A stretch of DNA of 64,000 nt from Chrysomallon squamiferum. Its lineage: Eukaryota; Animalia; Mollusca. Below the pieces are notes generated by a model. That model did not search any database. It saw only the letters and a list, made by a program, of their open reading frames with translations, and was not told where the DNA came from. Of the stretch, positions 28,157-44,200 are shown in pieces. The position numbers and the translations under genes were made by a program. The stretch is taken from the NCBI GenBank assembly GCA_012295275.1, contig CM022671.1:6014001-6078000 (forward strand). Direction: 5' to 3'. Positions within the stretch are counted from its first letter, which is position 1, and each line of letters begins with the position of its first letter.

Positions 28157-29675
28157 TATATACCAACAAAGACTGAAATATGCTGCTTTAGATTAATTAC
28201 TCTACTCAAAAAAATGTTTGAAAGTTTTGACCACATATATTAAAATATTTTCTGTAGCCTTTGGAGTGGTATCAGCATGTTTCATCTTTCATATTATAAT
28301 GTTTTTAAAAAAACTCTTATTCATTATTTAAAATATAGTAATTGGATATATCTTTCATTAGCATTGACATATAAAACCAACTTTAGATCACAAGAACTAT
28401 TAAAAAAACCCCACCAAAACATGAAGGAGACATTTTTGAAAACCTTTAAAACTGCCTTGAGGGTTGAGGGTATCAGCTTGTAACTGAGAATATGACAGAT
28501 GTATCAAACTATAGAACATAGCTAAATTATTATGTTTGTCTGTTGTTTTTTCTTTTTTTTATTATTCTAAGAAAAAACATTTTGATGGTGATCATGTTTG
28601 ACACCTACTCTGTTTGTTCTGGAATGAAACCAATTGGACAAGACAACGAATGATAGTTTTTGTTCTTGTTTTAGACATTTGTTGAATTAACTGCAAAGTT
28701 AAGGATTAATTATAGTATTAGAATAAATATCAAAATTTACACATGATAAATATATATATATTTTTAAATACTGATTTTGTTGATTGCATTAATACTCACA
28801 GTATGTTATGTTTTTATGCATGTATTTTGCATGAATGTGCATCCAAGTTGGTGTATATATATATATATTTTGCATGTGTTTGTGTGTGTGTTTGTGTGTG
28901 TCTGTGTGTTTGTGTGTGTGTATATGTAGATAACTTTATAATATTACTCTAAGATATGTGTACATGAAACTGAAGCTATAGTATACATAACGGTAACACC
29001 ATAATACCTGTTCTTAGTGAAATGTTTACATTCTCCACATAATATACTGACAAACATTCTACAGAAAACCATCAACAAATAAGCACCAGATTCATGAATT
29101 TGTATGTATATATATATATATATTAATAAACATTTCTGAAGATAATTAATCCTGGATTAACTCTACAAACTGGGTGAATCTTTACCACCTGGTCACATTT
29201 CTTACCACTCAAAAGAAAAGTTATAAACATGAAGCAGATGAAGAAATAGCTGGTTGCAACATGAAATGATGATGTTAAAGACACAATTAGAACTTCAAAG
29301 ACACAAAACATGACATGGTTATCAAACAAGACATCTAGGAGGTGACAGGTGTGTATGAAGAGACTGGAATAAAGAGATGAAACAAAACCTATTAACTGAT
29401 GAAAAACCAACAACTTGGAATTATAACCTAGCAGAGTTTTGAAAGTAATCTTTGATGTGATCTCCAAACATTAATGATTCTTCTGATGGGTATTTGTCAT
29501 TCAACAGAAAAATAAAAAAATGAATGAAGAAAACAACATAATAATACCAATACTACTACTACTACTACTACTACTACTAATAATAATAACAACAACAATA
29601 ACAACAAAATAATAACAGTAATAATAATGATAAAAAACCCAATATATATATATATAGATGGATGGATAGATAGAT

Positions 29676-29715
<40 letters not shown>

Positions 29716-31979
29716 AACCTTTAAAATAAGTAGTTAATAACTTAATAAATAAATTGGTTATGTCTACAAAAATACCTCAGTGATATGAATAAATTTATGT
29801 AATGATAAATAAAATAAAATGAAAACAAAATAAAATAAAATAAAATAAAATAAATAAGAGCTGCTTTAACCTAACCCTCTACTCAAATACAATTTCAAAC
29901 AGACCTAACCCCCAGTATATAGCTCTCTGTTATTGTAAACATATTGCTACTTTGTAAAATTAGTAACCTGCTTCTTCAGGACAGTGAGTTAAACCTAATA
30001 AAATTTCAACTCAGTGCTAATAATCATTGTTAGAATGTCTAACTTCATCCTTCTGTTTAGAAAAAAAAAAAATAAATGAAAAATCAGCATGCCTTTTCCT
30101 GGTACTTTTGAAGTAAGCCAGCTTTAGCAATGTTTCAGCAGGCAATCCACTATCTAAATAACAGAGCAGAGAAGATGACATTAAAGGCAGACAGAAGCTG
30201 CAGGGTTACAGTGATGTGTTGGTAGAGGTCAGTTTATCACCGATAGCATCCTGTAACAGTCTGATACACACATACCAACACCTTGTGTAACTGTTACATG
30301 TACGTTTGTATGTCTTGTCTTACATTCTTTTAATACTAACACATACACTGAATGAATGTGTGTGTGTCTGTGCTGTAAATATGAGTGAATGTTGATATGT
30401 GTTTGTGTGTTCATGTGTACATGTGTAAATGTGTCTATCTGTATGCATGTCTATGTATATGTGTTTGCATATAACGTGTATGTGTATGTGTGTATATGTA
30501 TGTGTGTATATGTATAATCTTTGCACTTCTGATATAAAATGAATATAAATTAATACTAATGTGTAAGTTTTAATACAGGTCACACGTCTTTAAGACAGTT
30601 AGTTCATCACTGATGTACCAATTCACAAATTAAAACAGAATGAAAAACCATAGTTTAATACAATACTTTATGTTCTATAAGCTATTATATAACACACACA
30701 CACATATTTGTATACTCAGTGACTAAGTATATTTCAGTAATGCTTTTAAACCCATTTTTTTAATATAAATTCTATGCACTAGACAGAACACTCAACATTT
30801 GACATAAAGTTGGATACATTCTCATGTATATTTATAGATTAATATCCTGGATCTTGTGTTACTACAATTTTCTCAGCATCCTGTATGTAACTTCTGTTTC
30901 ATGTACATACTGTGTACTTACATTACTTAGTTCTCTGTTGGTGCTAAAAATATGATTGTTTTCTTGTTTACAATTTATCTCTGTATGTAATAACACTGTG
31001 TTCATCACTACATACCAGAGAATATAATAATAAGCCAGTTAGAGTGATACCTGTGTTGTAAACCTGTCTTGCATATTCCTACACTGAGATCTGCTTATAA
31101 AAACTTGTATGTTTGTCACAGAATACACTTCTGTGCTATTCCTGCAGTGCAATTGTTTCAGTATATATCATCATTTACCAGTGATAAATTTAATAAAACA
31201 TACAATACCTATATTTCAACTCTTTATGAATACACACACACACACACATATATATATACATACATATATTATTATTACAAATATTATTAATATTATTATT
31301 ACAATTATTATTATCATTATTACTATTATTAGTTATTACTACTACTACTACTACTACTATTATTTCTAAGTTTTGTTTCTGTGACTTTTGTGGTATGTAC
31401 TGCAGTATTATGAAGATTAATACATTAACAATGCACACTGTATTTTATTTTACCTAAAACACTGAGTTCCTGCTATAATCTGTATTTTCCTCTCTTTGCA
31501 TTAACCACCACTTTGTTATAAACTTTGTAAGTTTAAAATTTACAATATGAAGGACATGTATTAGACACTGTCTGTCTGTCTGTCTGTCCAGTATTTTCCT
31601 TGTTCTTGCTGTTACAGTTGTTCCTTATTTGACAAATCAGCAAGCAGTATGATAAACTTTAAATATATCTATACTATACTGAGATAACAAACCTATTTCA
31701 CAGCTTGATTCCTCTTTATAATTATCCCTGTGACAATGTTAAACATATATTACCTTAAACAAATTCATATATATATATATATATATTAATGTGAACCACT
31801 TTTTAAAAAATCATATACACGACACAAATTTAATTACATAACACTTTTGTATTAATTTGTAGCCTATTTAAAAAAAAAAAATTAAAAAAATAAAAGGGGT
31901 TAAGATAAAATAATATTAACATAGAAGCATACACACACATTCACACACATTATATATATATATATATACACACACACAT

Positions 31980-32076
<97 letters not shown>

Positions 32077-32114
32077 TATTGTGTATATATATATATATAT
32101 ATATAATGTATAAG

Positions 32115-32159
<45 letters not shown>

Positions 32160-34271
32160 TACACTTCTTGACCTTTGACCTAATATTATACATTTAGGTA
32201 CTTGTTTCCTTTCTTTTCAAGTCCTGGCTTACATTTGTTCCCCAGACTAAAATGTCCTACTGCAGGTCACTCAGGTTTCTGACAAAGGTCAAGTGAGAAC
32301 AAATGGGTCACCATGGATACAATACATGTGAATATATGAATTCATATGGGAGGCATTAAAAACTCTCATACACATGATATTGATGTATATGCTAGTGCTT
32401 CACTGAAGCAGTATGTCTGTGTCTGTGTCTGTCTGTGTCTGTCTGTGTATATGAGTTTCAAAACAGCAGAAGCCAAAATATCAGCCTTACACCATTTTAA
32501 TTAGCTAATGTCATGCATAAATTTCAATTCATTTTAATTATAATTATTACTTTTTCTTAATTATTATTATTATTTTTATGTATTAAAGGTTAAGTTGAAG
32601 TAAAATGCATACTTTTATATATGTAATAAAATATTTATTTTATTTTATTTTATTTTATTTTATTTTATTTTATTTTATTTTATTTCATTATTTTATTTAT
32701 TTATTTTTTTAAATATTAGATATAAACATTTTGAACATTTAATAAAAATCTTTTTTTTCTAAAATCTCTGAAGATAATAAAATATTTACACAACTGCAAC
32801 ATAAACGACAGATACAAATATTCTCCCCAACCTTGGAAAGGATCAAATTAATCCATGTCCTAAATGATATTGAATCATTACAAACACAACAGCATTATGT
32901 GAAGAAAAACCTCATTGTAATGAGAGCAGACATGAACCTAAGACTTTCAACTCAGAAACTAAGATGTTCAGACCCAAGGAAACTAAGCAGTTTACAAACA
33001 CAGCTTAATACTGACAAATAATTTACAAAAACATTACCTCAAAAGAGATAATATTTATTAATAAACTTGCTATTTTGTTGTCAAAATGCCGTAACAAGTA
33101 TTAATGCGGGTTATCGCTCTTTAAAATGTGGCTGAAATTTGATATGTGTATATTAATTAGAATAGATAAACAATTTTTTTTTTTTTTTTTATAAATGTGG
33201 AAATAATAGTAACTTAGTAAGCAACTGTAATAAAAATGAATAAAATGAACATGATGTGAAAATATTATTTTCAAATATCAAATATGCATTTAACAATTAA
33301 CATAAAAGAAAAAGAAAAATGTTCAGATATAAAAATAAATATATAAATGTTTACTAAATGTGATTTTATATAATAAGATAAGCATAAAATGGAAGCCGAA
33401 GAAAAAATTATGACTCTATTTGTAATGGTTCAAAAGATATATGCGAACAGGTACCACAATATATATCATGTAACACAATTCAACTGTGATATAACCTATT
33501 TGCTAAAAGGTAATACTATTGCAGAAAATACTACACAAAACACAGTACAATGTATTGAAAAAAAAAAAAAACATGAATTCACACATTTTGTACCCTTTAG
33601 TAAAATAACACAAAAGATTTTTCAAAACATTTTTGATTCCATTATACTGAAATTAGTTCCTTTTTCTTTTTCTTTTTTTCACAAACTCAGACATTAACAC
33701 CTACTGTGATTTTCAGCCAGGCAGTCTTGGTTTAACTTTCAAACCTACTAAAAGTTCAAAAAAAAAAAAAAAATAAAAAAAAAAAATCTCTACATGCATT
33801 CTAAGTCAATACAATAAGCTGTAGTACATAAACTGTAATGTGAATATAAACTATTAGAATAACTGAGGCATAAAATTAAACATATGTAATAGAATTATGC
33901 TTAACCCAAATAAAAAAGGTGACTCTCTTTGGTTGAGTAATTATAAAGGTAGGTAATAAAAACTATTAATTGACAAACGAAGTAGATAAATTTGGCAATG
34001 AAACTCTGAGATGTCTTTTCAGTGAGTACAAAAACAAGTTTGTGTTAGTCGAACAGAATACACTGACATTCATTGATATCTATACAAGTCAAACCAGTCC
34101 ACACATCTTTTCACAGCCTTCAAGTCAAACAATGTCACTTATCAAACATCAAACATCTGTCATCTCAAATGTGCCTTGAGAGAGAGAGAGAGAGAGAGAG
34201 AGATGAAAAGAGGGAAAGAGAGAGACAGACACATATACACACACAATATATATACATATACATATACATAC

Positions 34272-34325
<54 letters not shown>

Positions 34326-36089
34326 TTTTAAATTCCATTTTCATGCTATGTAACATTATACTTCATACAGCAAACTCTGACTTTAAATTTTCTTTTAGTT
34401 ATTACTTAATTCTGTTTGCTTTAGTGATTTAACATGAACTTGTTTAAATTAATTAAAGACATCTTATTATCTATTTCTGCTTTTAATGCGATAATTTAAC
34501 ATCAAAAGAAAAACAATTAAAACTTCAGATGAGAAAATTATAATATCATGTGGAAAGATAATGACTGGAAAGAAAAAAAAAAAAAAAAACCGAAAAAAAA
34601 CAACAGAACAGAATTATGTCATTAATGCAAAAACAACAAAATTAAGATAGAACAAAAATCTCAAGTATCTATATTAAAATGAAATTCAATCTTCCATTAA
34701 TTAACACTGATATTCAGTTTACATTTGCCATACATCTAAAATTAATAAGATTATTTATATATTAAAGATAATTAGCTAGATAACTGCTCACTGATGTAAG
34801 AGCAGAACCAACACTAATGTTATAAACAAGATCTGTACAAATTACATTTAAATATTTATGCTCTCTAAGTATTCTGTTAGAAGGCTGGTAGGAATCTTTA
34901 ATACAGGAATGTCTCTGGAGGACCAGTATGGTTGCAAGCAATTAGGACAAGTGAATAAAACCAATAATTTAACAAGAGTATATGAATCACACAACTAGGT
35001 AGCTCACTAGTTCATACAAATAATGAGAAAACACGGCTAGCAAAATATTTTTTAAAATATTAACATAAACATATATAATAAATTTTTCTTTGTGTTTATC
35101 TGTCTATAGATCAATCTATCTATCTATCTATCTAGCTATCAAGAGAGAGAGAGAGAGAGAGAGAGATAGATAGAAAAAGACAAAGACTAATATTACGTTC
35201 AAAGAAATTATTCAAAAAATATTATATATATATATATATTTATTTATTAATTTTTGTCTGGGTGGTAAAATTATGAAAAAAAGAAAGAAATCTTCTTTTC
35301 TGAGCTATGTCCAAACAGACTGACCCTCTCCACATCTCCATTCACCATATTAAACATATCAGTACAGATGTACTACATACCCTGCTTAGCAAAATAACAC
35401 ATCAAACACTCAAATCATTACTACTACACACTGGTTTCAGAGACCATGCTATGGAGGAGATATCTGGCTTCTGGTCAAGACAAGATAATTTGACAAGGGT
35501 GAAGATGACATTTTCCACCTGTTTGTTTGATAAAGAAATTAAAGGAGTGACATGAGAAACTGGTGTGGAATTTTAACTCAACACCACCACATACTGAAGT
35601 GTGCATACAACACATTGGCTCTGTAAACACAAACTCTGTACAACTGTATCTCAGACATTTTGATCAATGACAAACTTTATGATTCTGCAGGGAATCACTT
35701 TTTATACCATACTGATACCATACAGTATTAACTTTATATTTATATATAATACACATATTTTAACAATGATGTGAAAAAATAAGCAAAATCTTTAAAATTA
35801 ATTCAATCTTATTATTTATATTTATTTATTTATATTTTCATTTCATTATATTTTTTTTAATCATTATTTTTATGTATTTCTTTATGCATTTATTTTTATT
35901 ATTATTATTTTTTTTTTTTTGTAGAATGATAATATTTGTTATGAAAAAAAAACAACAACACTATTTTATTTTACTTATTAGCAGCAGGACATCAATTCTC
36001 TGAAAACCCAAACCAGTTATTTTATAAAACAGTTATACTATAGATTAGGATGTTGGATGAACCAAAACAGAGTGATGTGTGCGTGTGTT

Positions 36090-36124
<35 letters not shown>

Positions 36125-36787
36125 ATTTGTGTGTGTCTGTACATATGCATGTATTTTAAACAATTAAATAACTGATCTGAAAAATAAAACAAAACAAAAA
36201 ACCACAACAAAAAAACCCATTATTCAAGCTAAATAAAGAAGTGAAAAGTGTAATGTTTAAACATGTTGCCTCTCAGATGAGGAGTTTATTAAAGACACGT
36301 GTGGAACACACAAACCTGGGTCATCTGCCAAGACAGAATTATGAAATAACAACAACACAAGAACAGTCAGTGTGAATTTATTACCCTACATCTCAAGCAG
36401 CCACCCTGACACCAATAAATTAACAACAGCAACTTTGATAATATCAGCAGAAAGATGGCTGTCTAACAATAAGAATGTTTTTAGAAAAATGTCAGTGTGT
36501 TATAAGGTACTCTCAGTAGCTGAAATTTGAAATGGGTTTCTTGGTTAAAAACATTTTGTTATTATTATTATTATTATCTTTTGTTTTACATAATGGTAAC
36601 TACATCCAAATTGTATTATCTCATTTCCCAAAAGTATCGTTTATACATGAAAAATATCAGACAATTTAAATTCTTGTGCAATGCCGTTTTTTTTAAATGG
36701 TTTTGTAGTTGATGTTAAAAGGAACTGGTAAAGTGAGATTAAATTGTCAGAAAAGATTCATATCCAAACAAACTTAAATATAATAAA

Positions 36788-36845
<58 letters not shown>

Positions 36846-39091
36846 TAATAAAATAATAATTATAATATATTAAATAAATAAATGAAAACATTTAAAAGAA
36901 ATTTGTTTAAAAATTTTAATTTAAAAAATATAAATATTACATCTTTATACAGCTATGTATACATACTTTGTCTAGGGACATTGTTGTAAGATGTGTAAGA
37001 ATCAAACTGTGAGCAGATGTTTGTAACATGATAACATCTCTCAGACATCTGACATTCCATCTCCCCAGGAAGCACCTGGATTCTTTACCAAACCAGAAAA
37101 TTTACTTAATAGTCATAACTGAGAACACTTTTTGTATCATTAACATCAACGTTTTTTACTGACTACTTCTTTACTGGAAAACTTACTTAGTTTATATATA
37201 TATCACATTTGATTTTTTACATCAATGTTTTATTATTATTATTCTTTTTTATCAATGAAGAAATACATAGTATCTTACTTTTTGTGTCATTAATATAAGA
37301 GTTTTTTACTGACTAGATAAAACTAGAAAACTTAACTTATTTTATGTTTTGCAATTTTTTTTTTTTTTATTACCAATGGAGAAATACACAGTATCATAAC
37401 TTTTGAATCATTAACATCAAAGTTTATGACTAATTAGTAATTTGATTAAAACCAGGTAAAATGTAATTAATTATCGATGTTGAGGGTCTTAACCAATTTG
37501 ACTTCAATTGAAAACCTTTTTTTGTTTTATTATATATATATATATATATTATTTTGTTTTGTGTGAAATTTATTTAATTAAAACCTTAAACTGTAAATAG
37601 TAATGTAAAAATATTTGAATTTTGTAAATTATTATTATTTAAAATTATGTTATAAAATGATATATTTAGACATTTCACTGACTATAATTATTTTCTAACA
37701 CACACACACACACAAACACACAGACAGACACACTTACAAAGACACGTACACCATTTACCACTATTAGTTTTGCTTTATCTTGATAAAGCTCTTAATTCTG
37801 TTTTCTCACAAAAGTGACACTTTACTGCACTTCTAAACTAAACAAATGTAAATAAGAGTCTACATCTTGTCTGGACTCCAACTCTACAATCAATAAACAG
37901 TGAATCTACTCTCAGAGGCAAAAGTGTCTGTACAAATTATCAACTCAAAACAGCACAGACCACAAAACACATCTATACAGTATGTATGTACAAGTGATGT
38001 ATAAAATATAGCAGACCATAGATTTACTTTTATTTTATAAATAAACACTTTTTGATAAATTGTGTGGCACCTAAGAGAGCCCAGATTAAATTATCAGCGA
38101 GACTCAATAATGCTTCTGTTTAAATACAATTATTTTATTTCAGAAGTGCATATAAATCAATCACTTTTTTAATGACTGTTGTTCTAGGTAATGTGATTTT
38201 TAAATTAATTTTATGTCATTTGCTGCCACATTTTAATATTTTTATTCCAGACAAAATGTTCACTACATAATATATTAGATAGAGAATACATTTCTCATAA
38301 ATAAACAAATTATGTCATTTATTTGTTTGAAATTAAATTAAACAGGGTGGTAGATTTGTTCTTGTAAAATGACAAGTGTGCTACCTGTTGCAGACAGAAT
38401 ACTGTAAATTTGTCCTAGCCTATGATTCTATTACTTTATTATTATTATTATTATTATTTAATTATTTATTTATTTTTACCAATAAAGATATATGTATATT
38501 CATAATATTGTAGTTTTCTTTTATAGTTTCCTATTTATGTTAAATTTCATATTAAACAGATAAAACTCTGCCAAAAGAAGAGAAAAAAGAATTTAAAATA
38601 TGTTATAATGCATCAATGACAGCATTCTTCAATTAACCAAAATAATTAAATAAATACAAAGCTATGCTGTGTTACATACTGTAATAGATCTGTTTCTATC
38701 AACATTTTCTGTTATATTTTTACACAAAACTGGAAACTACCTCAACCATGACTGGCATGACCTAAACACAAAACTGCGTATCCGTATCACACATCACATC
38801 TGACACGTTCTACTTAACACAAGTATATGACAATAAACACGGTCATTTGAAAATGGCAAAACAATATCTTACAATGACCATAAATATCATGAAAAACAGT
38901 GTGTTAATATGTTATCTATCACGGGGCGAGTTAGTTGCCAACTTGTAAATTGACGAGAACTTCAGTAAACGTCAGACTCCAAAAATTCAACCTGTCAAGA
39001 CGTCCTAACTCGATCGACAGCTGCCAGACTAATTCAGTAATATGAATTAAAAACGAAAAGCTTATATTACAGACGATATCTATGTACTTAC

Positions 39092-39190
39092 TGAGATCAA
39101 GAACAAACTAAATCCATAACCAACAACTTCTATCCAAGACAGGCTGAATTTACAATGCCAAGTTTCCTATACTAGTGAGTCAGATCAGTT
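39092..39190 (-). other. CLIP1: Probable non-coding first exon of CLIP1 (5' end approximate)
   Basis: Strong donor CTCA|gtaagt at 39091, just downstream of an NRF1 motif in a CpG-containing region. The first coding exon has its own acceptor, so an upstream exon is required. Confidence 0.55.
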
Positions 39191-39290
39191 TCGAACTGCG
39201 CATGCGGAATTCTTCATTAAATCTTCTGTTGTAAATTCCTCCGTAGTCAGAGACGTACACCTGAGATCTGAAAATGTTAAGGCACGCTTT
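39170..39290. promoter_or_regulatory. Putative CLIP1 promoter with NRF1/Ewg-type TGCGCATGCG (39197-39206) and AP-1-type TGAGTCA (39176-39182)
   Basis: Motifs read directly. CpG dinucleotides become frequent from ~38770 rightwards. Confidence 0.55.
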
Positions 39291-39528
39291 GTGTATTTTG
39301 TCCTTAAAATGTTACTGTTAGTTGAAGATAAATATGTTAACAAAATGTCAGTAATCCCTGATTATTTAATAGTTATGTTTTGATGTGTTTGGATAAACAT
39401 TATAACAAAATCGTCTTTAATACATAAAAGTAAACTGTTTGTGATTTTGTTATTTAACATGCACGAATGCAGACAATATAACTGAAAATATTAAATGTTT
39501 TATAAAGATGAAGTCTACTCACATATAC

Positions 39529-39611
<83 letters not shown>

Positions 39612-40992
39612 GATGTATTAATAAATATGTCGTGTCAGTTTTTATCTCTCATGTGTGCCTGTTCTAGCTGTGTGTGTTTGGGAACAGGAATGTTTTTAGT
39701 GTGATCACTGACTGATGTGATGTGATTCAGATTCTTTTTCCCACAGAACAATGACTCTAACAGACCAGGTTCAATATCAGTCGACGACACCTCAATGGGT
39801 GAATGTACTGAAGGGGAAAAATAGAAAAAAAAATAGAAACGAGAGCTGTTATTCAGACTTATGCAAACGTTTGTGAGTCTATTTCAAAATATGCAAATGT
39901 TAGGATATGAGTATAATTATAAGAATAATAATTTAAAAAAAAACAACTAGATGTTGACAAGAACATATTAAAGACCCGTACAGTAGTGAATACCTGAGAA
40001 TTTAACGAAACACAAAATGAACGAGTTTGTCAGTTCTGTTTAAATAATTAGCTTTGTCGTGGGACATTTAGGAAAAAAAACAAATATTCTGCGTATTATT
40101 ATTATTGGTACGTGCTTTTTGTGTTACAAAGTAAGATAAAGCTTCTTAACCTTTTTCTTCACATTCAATTCTCTCCTCCAGTTTTTTTGTTTTTTTTGTT
40201 TGTTTTTGCTTTTTCTCACTACCCCTACACTGACTGTGAAAAGACGACTATAAAAGAAGAAAAGAAAAGAAAAGAAACATATAAAAATGAAAAAGAAAAA
40301 AAAATATATATTGTGAGTATTTTACAAATCCTAATGCAATCAAAGTGACACACATATATATATAATTAAATAATAGCCTATTCTAGAACTGTCTTGTTAA
40401 AATATCGTCTTTCTTCCGCTTAAACTAGCTCTATACCTTTATCGTAAGTTTCAATCAGTTATTTGATTACGTATTTGGGTAATTAGTTGGAGGAAAAAGC
40501 TGATTTTGACAGTGAAAGAACGATGGCGTTTCAGTGTCGGTGAAAACTGAGAAGATGCCAAAATAGTAATTTCCCCGTCTGATAGCAAATTGTTTTGACT
40601 TAAGTATCTTTCATCACGTGATTAAAGGAACTGACGCATGCTCATTCATTAACGTCTGAGACGGGCAGATAACTTCAGTTATGTTATCTAGTCTAGACAG
40701 ACCTTTTTTTTTTGTCACTCTTCCGAACATGTATAAAAGGATACTTTTCATTTACATAAATATATTTAGGTTTTGGTTTACAAAAACCTGGGTACTTATT
40801 ATTATAATTGTTATTGTTGTTGCTGGGAGAAGGTAATGTTTTCATACGTTGACTCAATCTGTTTGGATTTTTGCGTTTATAAAGAAAATGGGTAAAAAAT
40901 AAAAATAAAATTATAATAATAATCCTTTAATGAACGAAGCCAAAAAATAAATGGTATATTTGTGAGTATTACATGTATGCGTGTATCACTAA

Positions 40993-41045
<53 letters not shown>

Positions 41046-41249
41046 ATTTAAGAAAGAAAGAAAAAAAAAAAAAACCAAAAAAAAAACCGAATATTATTAT
41101 TAATTTTGACAATAGCAACACTTTAAATGTATCATTTGAATTGACCAAACGATGACTCGGCTCTGGATTCAGTATAAAACCCAGTTATCCAACAGAATGA
41201 AATAAGAATACAAATCTTTTAAAACGATGCTCTCAAACACATTTTAAAT

Positions 41250-44200
41250 CAGGGATGCACAAACATTTTCAGCTTGCGAACTACTTTTAAAATGACCAGG
41301 TCAAAATGATCTACCTGTATTAAAAAATGCTAAATACATGTATATTTATTTGTATATATACTGAATATACTTTATATAATCAATGTATGTTGGCTCACTT
41401 TGCATCACTGGATGAACCTTACAGCACAATACAACTGAATACATCTATGGTCACTTACTCTGATCACTTGTACTGGATGGCGCGCGATCTACCCGCACTA
41501 CATTGGCGATCTACTCACGCTACACTGGCGATCTACCCACACTACATTGGCGATCTACCCGCACTCAACTGACGATCTACCACACTACATGATCTACCCG
41601 CACTACATTGGCATCTACCCGCACTCGGTGATCTACCCACACATTCACATCTGGCATCTACCCACACTACATTGACTATCTACCCACACTACACTGGCGA
41701 TCTACCCATCTGCTACACTGGCGATCTACCCACACTACACTGGCGATCTACCCTGCACTGGCGATCACTGGCGATCTACCCACACTACATTGGCGATCTA
41801 CCCGCACTCACACTGGCGACTGACTATCTGCCCCCGCACTACATTGGCGATCTACCCGCTACCCGATCTACCCACACTACATTGGCGATCTACCCACACT
41901 ACATTGGCGATCTACCCACACTACATTGGCGATCTACCCACACTACATTGGCGATCTACCCACACTACACTGACTATCTCTACCCGCACTACATTGGCGA
42001 TCTGCCCACCCACATCTACACACTACATTGGCGATCTACCCGCACTGCATCGGCGATCTACCCACACTACACTGGCGATCTACCCACACTACACTGGCGA
42101 TCTACCCGCACTGCATCGGCGATCTACCCACACTACATTGGCGATCTACCCACACTACACTGGCGATCTACCCACACTACATTGGCGATCTACCCGCACT
42201 ACATTGGCGATCTACCCGCACTACATCACGATCTACCCGCACTACATTAGCGATCTACCCACTGCACTACCGCACTTTGGCGATCTACGATCTACCCCGC
42301 ACTACATTGGCGATCTACCCACACTACATTGGCGATCTACCCACACTACACTGGCGATCTACCCACACTACATTGGCGATCTACCCGCACTACATTGGCG
42401 ATCTACCCGCACTACATTGGCGATCTACCCACACTACATTGGCGATCTACCCACACTACATTGATTCTACCCACTACATTGGCGATCTACCCACACTACA
42501 TTGCGATCTATCCCACACCACATTGCGATCTATCCACACTACATTAGCGATCTGGCGATCTATCCACACTACATTGGCGATTCTACCCACACTACATTGA
42601 CGATCTACCCGCACTACATTAGGCGATCTACCCACACTACATTAGCGATCTATCCATTAGCGATCTACATTATTAGCGATCTATCCACTATCTACCCATT
42701 TGGCGATCTATCCACACTACATTGACTATCTACCCACACTACATTGGCGATCTACCCCACTACATACACACTTGACGATCTACCCACACTACATTGGCGA
42801 TCTACCACACTACATTGACTATCTACCCACACATTACGATTGACTATCTCTGCCCACACTACATTGACGATCTACCCACACTACATTGACTATCTGCACC
42901 TACATCTACCCGCACTTGACTATCTACCCACACTACATTGACTATCTACCCACACTACATTGACTATCTACCCACACTACATTAACGATCTACCCACACT
43001 ACATTGACTATCTACCCACACTACATTAGCGATCTACCCACACTACTTGACTATCTACCCACACTACATTAGCGATCTACCCACACTACATTAGCGATCT
43101 ACCCACACTACATTGACTATCTACCCACACTACATTAGCGATCTACCCACACTACATTAGCGATCTACCCACACTACATTAGCGATCTATCTACCCACTA
43201 CCCACATTCTATCCCGCACTACATTAGCGATCTACCCACACTACATTGACGATCTACCCACACACTACATTGACGATCTACCCACACTACATTGATCTAT
43301 CTGCACACTACATTAAGGATCTACCCACACTACATTGATCTACCCACACTATCGATCTACCCACACTACATTGACGATCTACCACACTACCCTGCACTAC
43401 ATTACATTACATTGATCTACCCACACTACATTAGCGATCTACCCACACTACATTAGCGATCTACCCACACTACATTAGCGATCTACCCGCACTACATTAG
43501 CGATCTACCCACACTACATTAGCGATCTACCCACACTACATTAGCGATCTACCCACACTATATTAGCGATCTACCACACTACATGACGATCTACCCACAC
43601 TACCGATCTACCCACACTACATTGACTATCTACCCACACTACATTGACTATCTACCCACACTACATTGACTATCTACCCACACTACATTGGCGATCTACC
43701 CACACTACATTAGCGATCTACCCACACTACATTAGCGATCTACCCACACTACATTAGCGATCTACCCACACTACATTGACGATCTACCCACACTACATTG
43801 ACGATCTACCCACACTACATTAGCGATCTACCCACACTACATTGACGATCTACCCACACTACATTGACTATCTACCCACACTACATTGGCGATCTACCCA
43901 CACTACATTGGCGATCTACCCACACTACATTGACGATCTACCCACACTACATTAGCGATCTACCCACACACACATCTACCCACACTACATTGAAGATCTA
44001 CCCACACCACACCCACACTACATTAGCGATCTACCCACACTACATTAGCGATCTACCCACACTACATTAGCGATCTATCCACACTACATTAGCGATCTAT
44101 CCACACTACATTAGCGATCTATCCACACTACATTAGCGATCTACCCACTACATTAGCGATCTACCCACACTACATTAGCGATCTATCCACACTATATTGA

